Program-made: the position numbers and the translations under genes
The notes under the pieces: model-generated
Database searches by the model: none
Told to the model about the DNA's origin: nothing
What the model saw: the letters and a program-made list of their open reading frames with translations, nothing else
Shown here: positions 23,301-35,700 of the stretch, one piece after another
Layout of the letters: every line of letters starts with the position of its first letter
Position numbering within the stretch: position 1 is the stretch's first letter
Assembly (NCBI GenBank): GCA_002269645.1
Contig: NIVC01004369.1
Location: forward strand, 1-48,320
Direction: 5' to 3'
DNA: 48,320 nt
Origin: Macrostomum lignano
Lineage: Eukaryota

Positions 23301-24880
23301 GAACCCTGACACTTACATCAATGCCCTGACACTTATATCTATACCCTGACACTTGCATCAATGCCCTGACACTTATATCTATACCCTAACACTTGCATCA
23401 ATACATTGACACTTATATCTGAACCCTGATACTTACATCAATGCCCTGACACTAATATCTATACCCTAACACTTGCATCAATACCTTGACACATATCTGA
23501 ACCCTGATACTTACATCAATGCCCTGACACTTATATCTATACCCTAACACTTGCATCAATACCCTGACACTTATATCTATACCCTAACACTTGCATCAAT
23601 ACCTTGACACTTATATCTGAACCCTGATACTTACATCAATGCCCTGACACTTATATCTATACCCTAACACTTGCATCAATACCTTGACACTTATATCTGA
23701 ACCCTGATACTTACATCAATGCCCTGACACTTATATCTATACCCTAACACTTGCATCAATACCTTGACACTTATATCTGAACCCTGATACTTATATTCAC
23801 ACCCTGACACTTATATTCATACCCTGATACTTATATTCATACCCTGACACTTATATTCATACCCTGACACTTATATTCATACCCTGACACTTATATTCAT
23901 ACCCTGACACTTATATCCATACCCTGACACTTATATTCATACCCTGACACTTATATTCATACCCTGACACTTATATCCATACCCTGACACTTATATTCAT
24001 ACCCTGACACTTATATTCATACCCTGACACTTATATCCATACCCTGACACTTATATTCATACCCTGACACTTATATCCATACCCTGACACTTATATTCAT
24101 ACCCTGACACTTATATTCATACCCTGACACTTATATCCATACCCTGACACTAATATCCATACCCTGACACTTATATCCATACCCTGACACTTATATTCAT
24201 ACCCTGACACTTATATCCATACCCTGACACTAATATCCATACCCTGACACTAATATCCATACCCTGACACTTATATCCATACCCTGACACTAATATCCAT
24301 ACCCTGACACTTACATCAATACCTTGACACTAATATCCATACCCTGACACTAATATCCATACCCTGACACTAATATCCATACCCTGACACTTATATCCAT
24401 ACCCTGACACTTATATTCATACCCTGACACTTACATCAATACCTTGACACTAATATCCATACCCTGACACTTATATCCATACCCTGACACTAATATCCAT
24501 ACCCTGACACTAATATCCATACCCTGACACTTATATCCATACCCTGACACTTATATTCATACCCTGACACTTACATCAATACCTTGACACTAATATCCAT
24601 ACCCTGACACTAATATCCATACCCTGACACTAATATCCATACCCTGACACTTATATTCATACCCTGACACTTATATTCATACCCTGACACTTATATTCAT
24701 ACCCTGACACTTACATCAATACCCTGACACTTACATCCATACCCAGACATTGAAATCCATACCCTGACACTTACATCCATACCCAGACATTGAAATCCAT
24801 ACCCTGACACTTACATCCATACCCAGACATTGAAATCCATACCCTGACACTTACATCCATACCCAGACATTGAAATCCAT
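23301..24880. repeat. 20-bp minisatellite (ACCCTGACACTTATATTCAT) filling B4GALT intron
   Basis: About 78 copies, with an 80-bp higher-order domain at the left and a 40-bp dimer domain at the right. Confidence 0.97.
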
Positions 24881-25229
24881 ACACTACACAAATTGCTACT
24901 TAATTTTTCGACCTATCCATTCACAAATCACAAACAAAGTCGCACGCCCGGTGTAAGTTCAGAGGTTGCGCATGTCACACATACTCACTTCATTTTCTTT
25001 TCAACTGCGTCTATGCCATTCTCAGGCATTTTAATGGCCTTCATTTAAACAAAACAAGTTGCAGTCGTCTCGTATTGCGCAGTTGAAAATTCGCATTAAT
25101 TAAGTCTAAGTTCAGTAGCTAATGCGATAATTGCAGCAAGCCTGCATTTTGATGGCACTTGCTGAGGTCTACTTGATGAGATTTTGAATAGCAACTAGCT
25201 ACAATTTTAATTTCCTATTCGTATTGCAG

Positions 25230-25511
25230 CTGCGGCGCCAACCCGCGCCATCTTGGCGCCGAGATCAGCAGCTTCGGCTACAAACTGCCCTACGGCGCCT
25301 ATTTTGGCGGCGCCTGCGCCCTCACGGCCGAACAGTACCGGAAAATGAACGGCTTCCCAAATATTTACTTCGGCTGGGGCGCCGAGGACGACGATTTTGG
25401 CTTCCGCGTGGCCTGGGCCGGCTATAAGGTGGCCCGCTACCCGCCCGGCATCGCCAGGTACAAGATGATCAAGCACAACAGGGATGCTCACAATGAAGCC
25501 GACCCGAAGCG
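25230..25511 (+). CDS. B4GALT: B4GALT-family exon (CGANPRHLG...LPYGAYFGGACAL...GFPNIYFGWGAEDDD...KMIKH...NEADPKR)
   Basis: Acceptor attgcAG|C and donor CG|GTGAGT. Phase-consistent with the previous exon. Not in the ORF track because this frame has no start codon near the 5' end. Confidence 0.95.
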
Positions 25512-25548
25512 GTGAGTGCCCCGCCTGTAATTAGCTGTAGTCCTGTGT

Positions 25549-26545
25549 CCTAGATCCCAGATCCTAATCCCAGATCCTAGATCCCAGATCCCAGATCCTA
25601 GATCCCAGATCCCAGATCCTAGATCCTAGATCCCAGATCCTAGATCCTAGATCCCAGATCCTAGATCCCAGATCCTAGATCCCAGATCCTAGATCCCAGA
25701 TCCTAGATCCCAGATCCTAGATCCCAGATCCTAGATCCCAGATCCCAGATCCTAGATCCCAGATCCTAGATCCCAGATCCTAGATCCCAGATCCTAGATC
25801 CCAGATCCTAGATCCCAGATCCCAGATCCTAGATCCTAGATCCCAGATCCTAGATCCCAGATCCTAGATCCCAGATCCTAGATCCCAGTTCCTAGATCCC
25901 AGATCCTAGATCCCAGATCCTAGATCCCAGATCCTAGATCCCAGATCCTAGATCCCAGATCCTAGATCCCAGATCCTAGATCCCAGATCCTAGATCCTAG
26001 ATCCCAGATCCGAGATCCCAGATCCGAGATCCTAGATCCCAGATCCTAGATCCAAGATCCCAGATCCTAGATCCCAGATCCTAGATCCTAGATCACAGAT
26101 CCTAGATCCTAGATCCCAGATCCTAGATCCTAGATCCCAGATCCCAGATCCCAGATCCTAGATCCCAGATCCTAGATCCCAGATCCTAGATCCTAGATCC
26201 CAGATACTAGATTCAAGATCCCAGATCCTAGATCCTAGATCCCAGATACTAGATCCTAGATCCTAGATCCTAGATCTTAGATTCAAGATCCCAGATACTA
26301 GATTCAAGATCCCAAATCCTAGATTCAAGATCCCAGATACTAGATTCAAGATCCCAAATCCTAGATCCCAGATCCTAGATCCCAGATCCTAGATCCTAGA
26401 TCCCAGATACTAGATCCCAGATCCTAGATCCTAGATCCCAGATACTAGATCCCAGATCCTAGATCCTAGATCCCAGATCCTAGATCCCAGATCTTAGATC
26501 CCAGATCCTAGATCCGAAATCCTAGATCCCAGATCCTAGATTCCA
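25549..26545. repeat. 7-bp satellite (GATCCYA)n filling B4GALT intron
   Basis: Alternating CCTAGAT/CCCAGAT units. Confidence 0.97.
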
Positions 26546-26803
26546 GATCATTGATCTCATATTCTAGGTCGCAGGTCCATGATCCTGGATCTTTGATTCC
26601 AGATCCCTATTCCCAGATCCTTAGACCTTAAATCCCAAAGATCACATTTTATCAAATCTCATTTCTTCGACTAGATCCTACAGTATATGATAAAATCCCA
26701 ATCCAGAAGGTTCTGATTAAGATTAGATCTTGAAATATCTCTAAGGCAACATCAAGTTTTCAATTTAAATAACCAGTTGTCACACTGCTTTCACTTGCCC
26801 CAG

Positions 26804-26948
26804 AATCAAGTACCTGGAACAGAGTAAGAAGCGCTGGAAAGAGGACGGCTTAAACAGCATGCAGTACAATGTGATTGGTGTGCAAGATCGCCAGCTTGTG
26901 TACTTTATCTCTGTGGAAATTTCCGAGGAGGCAATCCGGCGTCGAGCT
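26804..26948 (+). CDS. B4GALT: B4GALT-family exon (IKYLEQSKKRWKEDGLNSMQYNVIGVQDRQLVYFISVEISEEAIRRRA)
   Basis: Acceptor ttgccccAG|A. DGLNS..Y motif of the GT7 C-terminus. Donor GCT|GTAAGT, phase 0. If unspliced, the frame reads on to TAG at 27015-27017. Confidence 0.88.
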
Positions 26949-27036
26949 GTAAGTGCTGCTAGTTTTATTATATTCATATTTTATGTCAAGGGAAGTGACC
27001 TTTTATGTCAGGCTTAGGCCATGCTTCGGGCAGTCT

Positions 27037-29515
27037 CTAGGTCACGTGATCGACTATTTAGTTAGTCTACTAGGTCACGTGATTCACTAATTAGCTAGTC
27101 TAGATCATGTGATTCACTATTTAGCTAGTCTAAATCATGTGATTCACTAATTAGCTAGTCTGGATCATGTGATTCACTAATTAGCTAGTCTAGATCATGT
27201 GATTCACTAATTAGCTAGTCTAGATCATGTGATTCATTAATTAGCTAGTCTGAGTCATGTGATTCACTAATTAGCTAGTATAGATCATGTGATTCACTAA
27301 TTAGCTAGTCTGGATCATGTGATTCACTAATTAGCTAGTCTAGATCATGTGATTCACTAATTAGCTAGTCTAGATCATGTGATTCACTAATTAGCTAGTC
27401 TAGATCATGTGATTCACTAATTAGCTAGTCTGAGTCATGTGATTCACTAATTAGCTAGTATAGATCATGTGATTCACTAATTAGCTAGTCTGAGTCATGT
27501 GATTCACTAATTAGCTAGTATAGATCATGTGATTCACTAATTAGCTAGTCTGGGTCATGTGATTCACTAATTAGCTAGTCTAGATCATGTGATTCACTAA
27601 TTAGCTAGTATAGATCATGTGATTCACTAATTAGCTAGTCTAGATCATGTGATTCACTAATTAGCTAGTCTAGATCATGTGATTCACTAATTAGCTAGTC
27701 TAGATCATGTGATTCACTAATTAGCTAGTATAGATCATGTGATTCACTAATTAGCTAGTCTAGATCATGTGATTCACTATTTAGCTAGTCTAGATCATGT
27801 GATTCACTAATTAGCTAGTCTGAGTCATGTGATTCACTAATTAGCTAGTATAGATCATGTGATTCACTAATTAGCTAGTCTGAGTCATGTGATTCACTAA
27901 TTAGCTAGTATAGATCATGTGATTCACTAATTAGCTAGTCTGGGTCATGTGATTCACTAATTAGCTAGTCTAGATCATGTGATTCACTAATTAGCTAGTA
28001 TAGATCATGTGATTCACTAATTAGCTAGTCTAGATCATGTGATTCACTATTTAGCTAGTCTAGATCATGTGATTCACTAATTAGCTAGTCTAGATCATGT
28101 GATTCATTAATTAGCTAGTCTAGATCATGTGATTCACTAATTAGCTAGTCTAGATCATGTGATTCACTAATTAGCTAGTCTAGATCATGTGATTCACTAA
28201 TTAGCTAGTCTGGGTCATGTGATTCACTAATTAGCTAGTCTAGATCATGTGATTCATTAATTAGCTAGTCTAGATCATGTGATTCACTAATTAGCTAGTC
28301 TAGATCATGTGATTCACTAATTAGCTAGTCTAGATCATGTGATTCACTAATTAGCTAGTCTGGGTCATGTGATTCACTAATTAGCTAGTCTAGATCATGT
28401 GATTCACTAATTAGCTAGTCTAGATCATGTGATTCACTAATTAGCTAGTCTGGGTCATGTGATTCACTAATTAGCTAGTCTGGGTCATGTGATTCACTAA
28501 TTAGCTAGTCTAGATCATGTGATTCACTATTTAGCTAGTCTAGATCATGTGATTCACTAATTAGCTAGTCTGGGTCATGTGATTCACTAATTAGCTAGTA
28601 TAGATCATGTGATTCACTAATTAGCTAGTCTGGGTCATGTGATTCACTAATTAGCTAGTCTAGATCATGTGATTCACTAATTAGCTAGTCTGAGTCATGT
28701 GATTCACTAATTAGCTAGTATAGATCATGTGATTCACTAATTAGCTAGTCTGAGTCATGTGATTCACTAATTAGCTAGTCTAGATCATGTGATTCACTAA
28801 TTAGCTAGTCTAGATCATGTGATTCACTAATTAGCTAGTCTGGGTCATGTGATTCACTAATTAGCTAGTCTAGATCATGTGATTCATTAATTAGCTAGTC
28901 TAGATCATGTGATTCACTAATTAGCTAGTCTAGATCATGTGATTCACTAATTAGCTAGTCTAGATCATGTGATTCACTAATTAGCTAGTCTGGGTCATGT
29001 GATTCACTAATTAGCTAGTCTAGATCATGTGATTCACTAATTAGCTAGTCTAGATCATGTGATTCACTAATTAGCTAGTCTGGGTCATGTGATTCACTAA
29101 TTAGCTAGTCTGGGTCATGTGATTCACTAATTAGCTAGTCTAGATCATGTGATTCACTATTTAGCTAGTCTAGATCATGTGATTCACTAATTAGCTAGTC
29201 TGGGTCATGTGATTCACTAATTAGCTAGTATAGATCATGTGATTCACTAATTAGCTAGTCTGGGTCATGTGATTCACTAATTAGCTAGTCTAGATCATGT
29301 GATTCACTAATTAGCTAGTCTGAGTCATGTGATTCACTAATTAGCTAGTATAGATCATGTGATTCACTAATTAGCTAGTCTGAGTCATGTGATTCACTAA
29401 TTAGCTAGTCTAGATCATGTGATTCACTAATTAGCTAGTCTGAGTCATGTGATTCACTAATTAGCTAGTATAGATCATGTGATTCACTAATTAGCTAATC
29501 TAGATCACGTGATCG
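27037..29515. repeat. 30-bp satellite (TTAGCTAGTCTAGATCATGTGATTCACTAA)n
   Basis: About 80 copies with no indels from 27121 to 29520. Variant pattern repeats at a 630-bp offset. Confidence 0.97.
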
Positions 29516-29561
29516 ACAATTGTTAACTGAACTTGCTTTTTAACTCACTTGTTATCTATAG

Positions 29562-29594
29562 CGTAATATGAATACATCGCTTTTATTGCCCTAA
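29562..29594 (+). CDS. Candidate terminal micro-exon of B4GALT gene (RNMNTSLLLP*)
   Basis: First plausible acceptor (pyrimidine-rich, ctatAG|) after the intronic satellite. Phase 0 is compatible. No homology support. Confidence 0.35.
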   Translation, partial: RNMNTSLLLP

Positions 29595-30252
29595 CACAGC
29601 ATCTCACCTGAGGTTGCTTCGATGTGGCCGCTGAAAATGAAACTCAAGCGAAACGCCAATGACGTATTTGCTTCTCAATTCGTGCTCCGTTTTCTTCTGC
29701 ATAGTTTAGTGCTGATGCATCAAAGCATTATTAATTTTTTTCCTGCGAACGCGGTTTTGTACTTCATTAAACTTCATCATTACTGTGCGTGCCTACTTCA
29801 GGTTTTTTATTCTTTGACGTTCCAATTTTTTCCTCCTACGATATTACATTAGAACTTTTATGAATTTGTTCTGACAAAAAAATTAAGTATTTTTTTATTT
29901 AACACTTCCAATATTTTATTCCACAATAGGCTCGTATATGCTACTTTTTTATAGTGGCCTTTGAATCTGTGCTAACTTTTTTACTTAACTTATATATATC
30001 TACATAAGAAATTGACACATTAATATACATTTTTTAATATGTATATTATATTTAATAATATATATTTAACCTATATATTTGTTTGACGTTGTTTAATTAT
30101 TACAAGACGCGTTGACCCTGATCTCATAAGTAGGTCCCAGGCTCACCTTTAGACCTGTTGAAATTGTCATTGAAACGTCTTTTGAATCGCCTGAACTATC
30201 AATTCCGCTTTTTTCATCACAAGATCTAAAATTTACGAGGCATAAATTTCAC

Positions 30253-30760
30253 GAGACCCAGCTTCATCACACCTAAACTAAACATTAGACCCAGCTTCAT
30301 CACACCTAAACTAAACATTAGAACCAGCTTCATTACACCTAGACTAAACATTAGACCCAGCTTCATCGCACCTGAACTACATTAGACCCAGCTTCATCAC
30401 ACCTAAACTATACATTAGACCCAGCTTCATCACACCTAAACTACATTAGACCCAGCTTCATCGCACCTGAACTACATTAGACCCAGCTTCATCACACCTA
30501 AACTATACATAAGACCCAGCTTCATCACACCTAAACTATACATAAGACCCAGCTTCATCACACCTAAACTATACATTAGACCCAGCTTCATTACACCTAG
30601 ACTAAACATTAGACCCAGCTTCATCGCACCTGAACTACATTAGACCCAGCTTCATCACACCTAAACTATACATAAGACCCAGCTTCATCACACCTGAACT
30701 GCATTAGACCCAGATTCATCACACCTGAACTGCATTAGACCCAGATTCATCACACAAACT
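30253..30760. repeat. ~27-30-bp minisatellite (GACCCAGCTTCATCACACCTAAACTATACATTA)
   Basis: About 17 tandem copies. Confidence 0.93.
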
Positions 30761-31029
30761 AAATTTAACCTAGACTTTACAAGACCTAAATTTCACATGA
30801 ACAAAACTTCATTAGACCGTGTAACTTGAAGACTTGGACTTCATAGTAAACTACCATCATAATAACTAGACTATAAGATCTCATAAACTTCCAATTACTA
30901 AAGATTTTTATCTTAATACTTCTGTTTTGAGGTTAATATTTTAGTTAACAATGCCACAATCAACACTGATAAAGTTTGAAAAAGGATGTTTGGTAATTTT
31001 TAGGCGATGTGAAATTCCTTTCTTGAGCA

Positions 31030-32449
31030 GGGAGCATGAGAATTGCCCATCGAGATTTGCCCGCTGAGATTTGCCCGCACTGCTTTTACATGTAGTTTAC
31101 AGAGATTTACATGTAGTTTACAGAAATTTACATGTAGTTTACAGAGATTTACATGTAGTTTAAAGAGATTTACATGTATAGTTTACAGAGATTTACATGT
31201 AGTTTAAAGAGATTTACATGTAGCCTGCAGAGATTTACATGTAGTTTACAGAGATTTACATGTAGTTTACAGAGATTTACATGTAGTTTGCAGAGATTTA
31301 CATGTAGTTTACAGAGATTTACATGTAGTTTAAAGAGATTTACATGTATAGTTTACAGAGATTTACATGTAGTTTAAAGAGATTTACATGTAGCCTGCAG
31401 AGATTTACATGTAGTTTACAGAGATTTACATGTAGTTTACAGAGATTTACATGTAGTTTGCAGAGATTTACATGTAGTTTACAGAGATTTACATGTAGTT
31501 TAAAGAGATTTACATGTAGCCTGCAGAGATTTACATGTAGTTTACAGAGATTTACATGTAGTTTACAGAGATTTACATGTAGTTTGCAGAGATTTAGATG
31601 TAGTTTACAGAGATTTACATGTAGTTTAAAGAGATTTACATGTAGTTTACAGAAATTTACATGTAGTTTACAGAAATTTACATGTAGTTTACAGAGATTT
31701 ACATGTAGTTTACAGAGATTTACATGTAGTTTACAGAGATTTACATGTAGTTTGCAGAGATTTACATGTAGTTTACAGAGATTTACATGTAGTTTACAGA
31801 GATTTACATGTAGTTTAAAGAGATTTACATGTAGTTTACAGAGATTTACATGCAGTTTACAGAGATTTACATGTAGTTTGCAGAGATTTACATGTAGTCT
31901 ACAGAGATTCACATGTAGTTTACAGAGATTTACATGTAGTTTACAGAGATTTACATGTAGTTTACAGAAATTTACATGTAGTTTACAGAGATTTACATGT
32001 AGTTTGCAGAGATTCACATGTAGTTTACAGAGATTTACATGTAGTTTACAGAGATTTACATGTAGTTTACAGAGATTCACATGTAGTTTACAGAGATTCA
32101 CATGTAGTTTACAGAGATTTACATGTAGTTTACAGATATTTACATGTAGTTTACAGAGATTTACATGTAGTTTACAGATTTACATGTAGTTTACATAGAT
32201 TTACATGTAGTTTGCAGAGATTTACATGTAGGGGACAAAGCGACATGTCATTTGCATGACTTAATAATGAAAATCTGCGAGAAAATATGCATTTGATAAG
32301 CTGTTACTATCGAAACGTTTTGATCGGGCAAACCCTTTATTAAAACTTACCAAGAATTGGGAGGCAATGCATACAAAATCTGCCATATGTGGCTAAATGC
32401 GCTGTAGGAAAAAGCATTGCGGGCAATTCTCATATTGGCCCCAGATTCG
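31030..32449. mobile_element. Putative non-autonomous TIR DNA transposon carrying a 21-bp minisatellite
   Basis: Inverted repeat ATGAGAATTGCCC (31036-31048) / GGGCAATTCTCAT (32421-32433), extending to GCA(A/C)TGCTTTT. Flanking 11-bp direct repeat TTTCTTGAGCA (31019-31029, 32450-32460). Confidence 0.55.
31085..32232. repeat. 21-bp minisatellite (TTTACATGTAGTTTACAGAGA)
   Basis: About 54 copies. Confidence 0.97.
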
Positions 32450-33025
32450 TTTCTTGAGCAACCATTTTTTACAGCTGAGATTCTTCTTTTCCCATAAAAG
32501 TAACTTCATATAATTGTTTTAATCCTAATCTTGCTGCGAACTATCCCATTGCACTTTCCTCTTCATCCCCGATCCAGTGTATATTTTCATGTTGTTTTTG
32601 GACTTGACTTGGGTTCCCGAGGTTTGATGGGATCTCGATCGGCTTTTCGGGTCTGGGTAGCAACAAGCCCAGCCAATCAGAAAGGTGGGCTATAGCAATT
32701 AACGCCCTTGAGGGCCAGCCCCCAAGGCACAGTGAAGTGTACATGCCTAACGATAATTAAAGTTCGGGCCGCGCTGTACACTCCTGTGTGAGTGTGTGCC
32801 TGTGCGTATGACTGCGTACGTATCCGCGCGCTTGTTGCGCCTGCTCAGGGGAGTCGGCGGATTCCCTGCATGGCCACCGGCAGTCTGAGCATCTGATGTG
32901 TTCAACTTTTCGAGGCAGAAACCCAGCGTTTAATACTACTAAGAGTATCAGATAGCAAATTTTCACTCAGTTGAAGTGATTGCGAGCTTATACATGCAGT
33001 TATAAGGCAAATCGGGTCAGATAAT

Positions 33026-34040
33026 CTGGGATTTCCGCTGACTGGGATTTCCACTGACTGGGATTTCCACTAACTGGGATTTCCGCTGACTGGGATTTCC
33101 ACTGACTGGGATTTCCGCTGACTAGGATTTCCGCTGACTGGGATTTCCACTAACTGGGATTTCCACTGACTGGGATTTCCGCTGACTGGGATTTCCACTG
33201 ACTGGGATTTCCGCTGACTGGGATTTCCACTGACTGGGATTTCCGCTGACTAGGATTTCCACTGACTGGGATTTCCGCTGACTGGGATTTCCACTGACTG
33301 GGATTTCCACTGACTGGGATTTCCGCTGACTGGGATTTCCACTGACTGGGATTTCCGCTGACTGGGATTTCCACTGACTGGGATTTCCACTAACTGGGAT
33401 TTCCGCTGACTGGGATTTCCACTGACTGGGATTTCCACTGACTGGGATTTCCGCTGACTGGGATTTCCACTGACTGGGATTTCCACTGACTGGGATTTCC
33501 GCTGACTGGAATTTCCGCTGACTAGGATTTCCGCTGACTGGGATTTCCGCTGACTGGGATTTCCGCTGACTGGGATTTCCGCTGACTGGGAATTCCCGCT
33601 GACTAGGAATTTCCGTTGACTAAAATTTCCACTGACTGGGATTTCCACTGACTGGGATTTCCGCTGACTGGAATTTCCGCTGACTAGGATTTCCGCTGAC
33701 TGGGATTTCCGCTAAATGGGATTTCCGCTGACTGGGATTTTCGCTGACTAGGAATTCCGCTGACTGGGATTTCCACTGACTGGGATTTTCGCTGACTAGG
33801 ATTTCCGCTGACTGGGATTTCCGCTGACTGGGAATTCCCACTGACTGGGATTTCCACTGACTGGGATTTCCGCTGACTGGGATTTTCGCTGACTGGGATT
33901 TCCGCTGACTGGGAATTCCCGCTGACTGGGATTTCCACTGACTGGGATTTCCGCTGACTGGGATTTTCGCTGACTGGGATTTTCGCTGACTGGGATTTTC
34001 GCTGACTGGGATTTTCGCTGACCATGATTTCCGCTAACTA
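33026..34040. repeat. 15-bp minisatellite (GGGATTTCCRCTGACT-type)
   Basis: About 65 copies. Confidence 0.97.
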
Positions 34041-34414
34041 GGATTCCTCTAAACTGGAATTCTACAAGGGAGGGAATTCCACAGACTGGGATTCTACAAG
34101 GTAGGGAATTCCACAGATTGGGATTCAATCGAAGGAAAAAGACACCTTTCTCAAAGTTCTTAATAACAATCCTATATAATATACTATCCTATCCTATATA
34201 CTATACTATCCTACAATCCTATATTATATCCAAATTTAATTAGCCTCTTCCCCCCGTTGCTCTGACGATGTTGTCTTTTTGTTTTTAAGGACTTCTGGAT
34301 TCTGCTTTCATCATCAAGTTTTATACAGTGGCTTACGCAGGAATTCCTAATTCGAAGAGGGCCGCAACGCTGAGGGGCGCCAATACTTGGTGTCTGGGTG
34401 GGGGCGGGCGCCCC

Positions 34415-35700
34415 GATCTCTTGGTGGGCGCCCCTGTCTCTTGGTGGTCACATCTGTCTCTTGGTGGTCACATCTGTCTCTTGGTGGTCGCCCCTGTCTC
34501 TTGGTGGTCGCCCCCTGTCTCTTGGTGGTCGCCCTTGTCTTGGTGGTCGCCCCCTGTCTCTTGGTGGTCACATCTGTCTCTTGGTGGTCACATCTGTCTC
34601 TTGGTGGTCGCCCCCTGTCTCTTGTTGGTCGCCCCCTGTCTCTTGGTGGTCGCCCCCTGTCTCTTGGTGGTCGCCCCCTGTCTTGGTGGTCGCCCCCTGT
34701 CTCTTGGTGGTCGCCCCCTGTCTCTTGTTGGTCGCCCCCTGTCTCTTGGTGGTCGCCCCCTGTCTCTTGGTGGTCGCCCCCTGTCTCTTGTTGGTCGCCC
34801 CCTGTCTCTTGGTGGTCGCCCCCTGTCTCTTGGTGGTCGCCCCCTGTCTCTTGGTGGTCGCCCCCTGTCTCTTGGTGGTCGCCCTTGTCTTGGTTGGTGG
34901 TTGCCCCCCTGTCTCTTGTTGGTCGCCCCCTGTCTCTTGGTGGTCGCCCCCTGTCTCTTGGTGGTCGCCCCCTGTCTCTTGGTGGTCGCCCCCTGTCTCT
35001 TGGTGGTCGCCCCCTGTCTCTTGGTGGTCGCCCCCTGTCTCTTGGTGGTCGCCCCCTGTCTCTTGTTGGTCGCCCCCTGTCTCTTGGTGGTCGCCCCCTG
35101 TCTCTTGGTGGGCGCCCCCTGTCTCTTGGTGGTCGCCCCCTGTCTTTTAGTGGGCGCCCCTGTCTCTTGGTGGTCACATCTGTCTCTTGGTGGGCGCCCC
35201 CTGTCTCTTGGTGATCACATCTGTCTCTTGGTGGGCGCCCCCTGTCTCTTGTTGGTCGCCCCCTGTCTCTTGGTGGTCGCCCCCTGTCTCTTGGTGGTCG
35301 CCCCCTGTCTCTTGGTGGTCGCCCCCTGTCTCTTGGTGGTCGCCCCCTGTCTCTTGGTGGTCGCCCCCTGTCTCTTGGTGGTCGCCCCCTGTCTCTTGTT
35401 GGTCGCCCCCTGTCTCTTGGTGGTCGCCCCCTGTCTCTTGGTGGGCGCCCCCTGTCTCTTGGTGGTCGCCCCCTGTCTTTTAGTGGGCGCCCCTGTCTCT
35501 TGGTGGTCACATCTGTCTCTTGGTGGGCGCCCCCTGTCTCTTGGTGATCACATCTGTCTCTTGGTGGGCGCCCCCTGTCTCTTGGTGGTCACCCCCTGTC
35601 TCTTGGTGGTCACCCCCTGTCTCTTGGTGGTCACATCTGTCTCTTGGTGGTCACCCCCTGTCTCTTGGTGGTCACATCTGTCTCTTGGTGGGCGCCCACC
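34415..35700. repeat. 22-bp minisatellite (CTGTCTCTTGGTGGTCGCCCCC)
   Basis: About 58 copies, with a ~333-bp higher-order duplication (marker CTTTTAGTGGGCG at ~35145 and ~35478). Confidence 0.97.

Noticed and set aside
34326-34345. CAGTGGCTTACGCAGG as a hAT-like left TIR around the 22-bp minisatellite
   Set aside because: No convincing matching right TIR or 8-bp TSD was found downstream.
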